Shown here: one piece after another, positions 59,954 through 64,000 of the stretch
Layout: each line of letters begins with the position of its first letter
How positions within the stretch are numbered: position 1 is the first letter of the stretch
Assembly (NCBI GenBank): GCA_013265495.1
Contig: MU058418.1
Location: 2,751,491 to 2,815,490 of the forward strand
Source: Vicugna vicugna
Taxonomy: Eukaryota
Length of the DNA: 64,000 bases
Direction of reading: 5' to 3'
Position numbers and translations under genes: made by a program
Notes under the pieces: generated by a model
What the model was told of the DNA's origin: nothing
Database searches by the model: none
The model's input: the letters and a program-made list of their open reading frames with translations, nothing else

Positions 59954-62900
59954 GATGCTGTTCTGAGAGAAGAGACTGGGCAACAGCAAAGTACAGAAGG
60001 TAAATGCTGGTTTGTTTGGATTTGTTCCCAATAGACTCCAAGAAGCCCCAAACTATGGTTACTTAATAAGGTACTAAAGTGTCACCCATAACTGACAAAT
60101 GAAGAAGTTCTGGAAGAAGCCATGGATTCTGCAGACGTAAGATCTGCCCCTCTCCAAGCCACAGACAGCAATCTCTAGACACACACCACCAAATTCATTC
60201 TCACAAGCTTTCTCACCGAGAATGAACATCACTTAATGACAGAAGTCAACATGAATCCCAGACCTTTCCTGAGAAGGCCAAGGTGAGCAGTATAATTCAA
60301 ATATTTCCTTCCTGAGTAGTTTCACATTAACTCTTTCCTAAAATGCATTGTCTAGAGCAACCTTTAAGATAAACATATGCTCTTCAAGGATGCTAGAAAA
60401 CACTGAGTTACATTTAATACTTCTTAAATTAATAACACTTTTACATCAAGGCAAGATCTCTTACTTCAGTTAAAGTTCTGTTTCAACAAATACCAGAGAC
60501 TTAGCCAATAGATAGTTATTTGAAATAAGTAAGTCCATGGCCAAGGCTTAGGTCATTATGTTGTTCTATAAACATGCTTTGCTGTTGTTGTAATAGTATT
60601 TCTATATAGGGTTTTTTGAGTTTACGGTTTAACTCGTCCATGGAACTTTGACTTCTCCATGAAACTTTCATGTATGTTCAAAGATAAAGAAAGTATAATC
60701 ATTTTGGAATCAGAGTACTGGAAAGAAGCATTAGTAAGTCAATATGTTTCTAAAGACAGATTACTTTGCTGATCCCTGGAGGCACAGCCAGACAAGTTTT
60801 TAACATATAGTCTCTGCTTTTAATTAGCTTCATTACTAATAAAAACATTTATCAGACTCACATAGGCAGAATTGAAAGTTAAGAAAGTTGAAAACAGGTA
60901 TAAAACTTTAGTAGTCATGTCTTTTTTTTTTTTTTTGTCATTAGCTGTCCTTTCACCCTCATTTTCCTAAAATATTTTCTTCTGAGAGCAATCTTCTACC
61001 CTGTCTTCAGCAGGGACAGATTCAGCTTATGTGAAGCTTGAAGTTTATCCAATATGCAGAAACCACTTAAGAGGATAAAAATTATGAACACAAAACTATT
61101 TCAAGTAAGAAAAGAAATCAAAATACTTTACAATTTTCAGAGAGCTGACCAAAAAAGAAACAAAACCCTCACAAAATCTGGAAACTAATCTATTTTTTTT
61201 CCTCCGAATGTTCTGACACTCTCTAAAATCCTTTTCTCCTTATGACATTATTTGCTGGACCAAACCTGACCTGAAACCAACTACCTCTGGACTTTTCTGT
61301 TATATAAGCTAATATTTCTCTTTATTGTTTAAACTACTTTGAGTTATTTGCAACATAGAATCCTAACTTATACAAAGATATGTGGAAAATTCATAATAAG
61401 CTTTAAGGATAGGTAGACCTCAGCTCAGGAAGATTTAGCCCAGGTTGCAAAATATAGAATGGTTTGTAATCACATGTCAATTGCCTCCAATAATGGAAGG
61501 AACTTAGAATCACTTAATTTTTAGCACTGTGTGATAAATATAATTGAACCACAGAAGGATATGTGGGAAAATAAAAACATCTGTAAGGTCAGAATAAAAC
61601 AAAAATATTATTACTGCCTTTACCAAGTGTTTAGTAATTAGCCCTTAATGGGAAATGGTTACATGGCTCCTTTGATGTGGTTGCCTAAAATTATTGTTAC
61701 CCAGTACTGCTTTGTTTCCAGTAAAATAAAGAAATAGTCAATTGGTATAAAAATGGAAAAAAGGTAGGCAAAAGTCTGATTAACTAAAACCTGTATTTAC
61801 TTAAAATCCATTAAGAAAAGGCATTTGAAAGAAGCAAGCGGAAATCATAACATGCAGGAATCATTAGGGGATGTAGCTTTGAGACATAAACGTGCCATAG
61901 GAAAACGACAAGGGACCTGAGACAGAGAATTCTGTACGACTTTCTGGAGTGTGGGGAAACAAAGGGTCATTTCTGAAAGTGTGTGAGCTCAGCGTAGTTC
62001 TGTTTGGAATAATGACAGAAAGAAGCCAAAACAATAATTGCATTTGGAACGGAATTGATTTGGAACAGAATCCTGCTAGGATTCATCATTTTATTACTGC
62101 TAGAGAGCAGAAAAAGCCAAGTGCAGTAATTTTCTCATGTATTTTACAATTATGGTTTTTTCAGTGATGAAGTTCTTGGATCTACCTGAAATCATAAAAG
62201 AGGAAAGACCCAGGATGAATTGAGGGGCTCACAAAAGCAGTTAATATTTGGGATGGATTTTTGTTACAGCAGTTTGACAAAATACCTCTCTAGTTACTGC
62301 TCATAATGGAAAAGTAGGCTCTGTGGCAGAATCGCAGCCATTGCTGGGGCCTCAGAGAACCTGTCATCCAGGACGCATTTTGCCCATAAATGAAGGGACA
62401 TGTTGAAGATCACACCATCAGTTGATGGCAGAGTGAGTAGCAACTAACTATGCATGATTTAAGTGAAAAGGAGAGTTGAGCCTAAGGAGGAAGTTTGTGT
62501 CTATTCCAAGTAGTAAAACGTGTGCCTCCTGTCTCCCTGCAAATGCAGTCGTCAGTTCTCACAGCCTGCCTTCCCTCCACTTGCTCTCACAGACACCTGA
62601 GGCCATCACTTTAATTCTTACAGAAGCAGACACCTCCATAAGTTATGTGACCCCTGAGGGATCTCATCCATGCTCACATCTCAACCTCCCAGCCTGTTGC
62701 AGATTCTCAGGCAATGTTTGCGAATGAATGCGGTGACATAGAAAATAACTGAATTGCTCCATAAAGGCTCCCCCTACTCAGGGGCCTTAGACTTCTTTGG
62801 TTTTCTAAGGCAGCTTACCAGCCTGCCTGGCCAGTACACATGATGACCTTTGCTTGAGAATTCACTTATCTTTCATGGCACAAAATTTGACCAGCTGTCA

Positions 62901-64000
62901 ATATCTGTATTATAGACAAAACTTTCTCCCTCACCCCTCCTGTGACTGCCTTCAAGCAGCCAGCCCTCAGTCTCGGCTGACTCTTCCTTCTTATTACACT
63001 GAGAACATAGCAGAGAAAAATTAGTAGAGAATGTTCACACACTCCCAGCATCATATCTAGCCCCTCTCCTGCCTTTATCCCTACATGCCCTGCTTTCTGA
63101 CCGCTTTGAAGGACAAACTGTTCTCCTAACTCAGGAAGCCCCACAATGTGTGTGCTAGGTCCCATCTCCTCTCTCTCCTTCTCAGGGACATCAGTCATGC
63201 AGGTAACTCCTCTCCCTCCTGCATTCCCCTCCCAACTTGGAATCTCCCATCTGCATACAAGAAGGTCGATTTCCTGATCTTAGCATCCTCGCTGGATTGG
63301 GTGCTGCAAAATTTTAACCATGAGTATATGTCTGTGTGCACACACAGACATACATACATACATATATGTATTTTCTTCTGGCACTTTAAGGTTTGTTGGT
63401 TGATTTGCGTTTTTCTTTTACACAGAAAACTTCATTGGAAATTTTTACTGGTCTACAGAATAAGGTAAGGATACTACATTCTTCTAAATGATTAGCAATT
63501 GTCTCAACCCCATCTGCTGACTAATCTTTTTTTTTCTCCACTGATTCAAATGCCACCTTTATTATATACCACATTTCTATTGCTATTATTTTAATTATTA
63601 CCCCCGTCAGCAAGTTTTTTAAACTCAAGTAAATTACTGGTTCAAAAATTTTTTCCCTGAATTTGTGCCACATGCTAATAAAAAATGTTAGTCAAATCCT
63701 AGGTACCTATGTATATACACTGCATCAATTATTTATTAATTTGTTTTAATAAAAAATGTATCCCAAACTGTAGAGACATTTGAGCATAAATATTGGCTTT
63801 TTCCTTTAAAAAAAAAAAGCAGGGGAGATGCTCTATTTCTTTGATAGCCATGTTATTACTCCAAAGAAACTGTGCCCACCATGCTTGCTGCCTACTTACA
63901 TGCTTTCAGCCCAGCTCTGTGGGTGTACAATTGTATGTTTAATAAGCGCTCACCTGGATTTATACAGTCATTTTATAGGAAACTGCCTCAGAACCAGCAT

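Noticed and set aside
60035..60282. Plus-strand segment with a good acceptor (ttcccaatag) and donor (AAG|gtgagc)
   Set aside because: Stops occur in all frames, no partner exons were identified and there is no recognisable product. It could be a lncRNA exon, but that is unsupported without RNA data.
61800..61920. Frame containing RHKRAIG, resembling a viral furin cleavage site
   Set aside because: No hydrophobic fusion peptide follows and there is no other glycoprotein similarity.
1..64000. CRISPR arrays, operons, prokaryotic defence systems, CDK19 exons
   Set aside because: This is eukaryotic intron-rich DNA with no repeat-spacer arrays, and no kinase-like exons were seen upstream of SLC22A16.

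Overview
Mammalian nuclear DNA, almost certainly a camelid: it carries tRNA-derived Vic-1-type SINEs with intact target-site duplications (TSDs), and no CHR/Bov-tA/PRE-1 SINEs were seen. Two genes lie head-to-tail on the minus strand. SLC22A16 (organic cation/carnitine transporter CT2) is complete: 8 coding exons, all GT-AG, 1719 nt, 572 aa, with a CpG-island promoter at ~45.1-45.9 kb. DDO (D-aspartate oxidase) is partial: non-coding exon 1 and coding exons 2-4 are present, and the last exon lies left of the window. The rest is intronic or intergenic DNA rich in L1, L2, MIR, MaLR/MER21 LTRs and DNA-transposon fossils; almost all ORF-track entries are spurious. The most interesting signal is in SLC22A16 intron 3 (~35.5-37.5 kb, minus strand). 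There, stop-riddled reading frames align colinearly, by eye, with most of a bornavirus nucleoprotein, suggesting a very old and divergent endogenous bornavirus-like N (EBLN) element, split by an L2 insertion. Other finds: an ancient mitochondrial ND5 NUMT in DDO intron 3, a candidate upstream alternative SLC22A16 first exon, an internally deleted L1 inside a SINE, a dimeric SINE, and an unclassified palindromic element nested in an L1. All protein comparisons use reference sequences recalled from memory and need confirmation by search.
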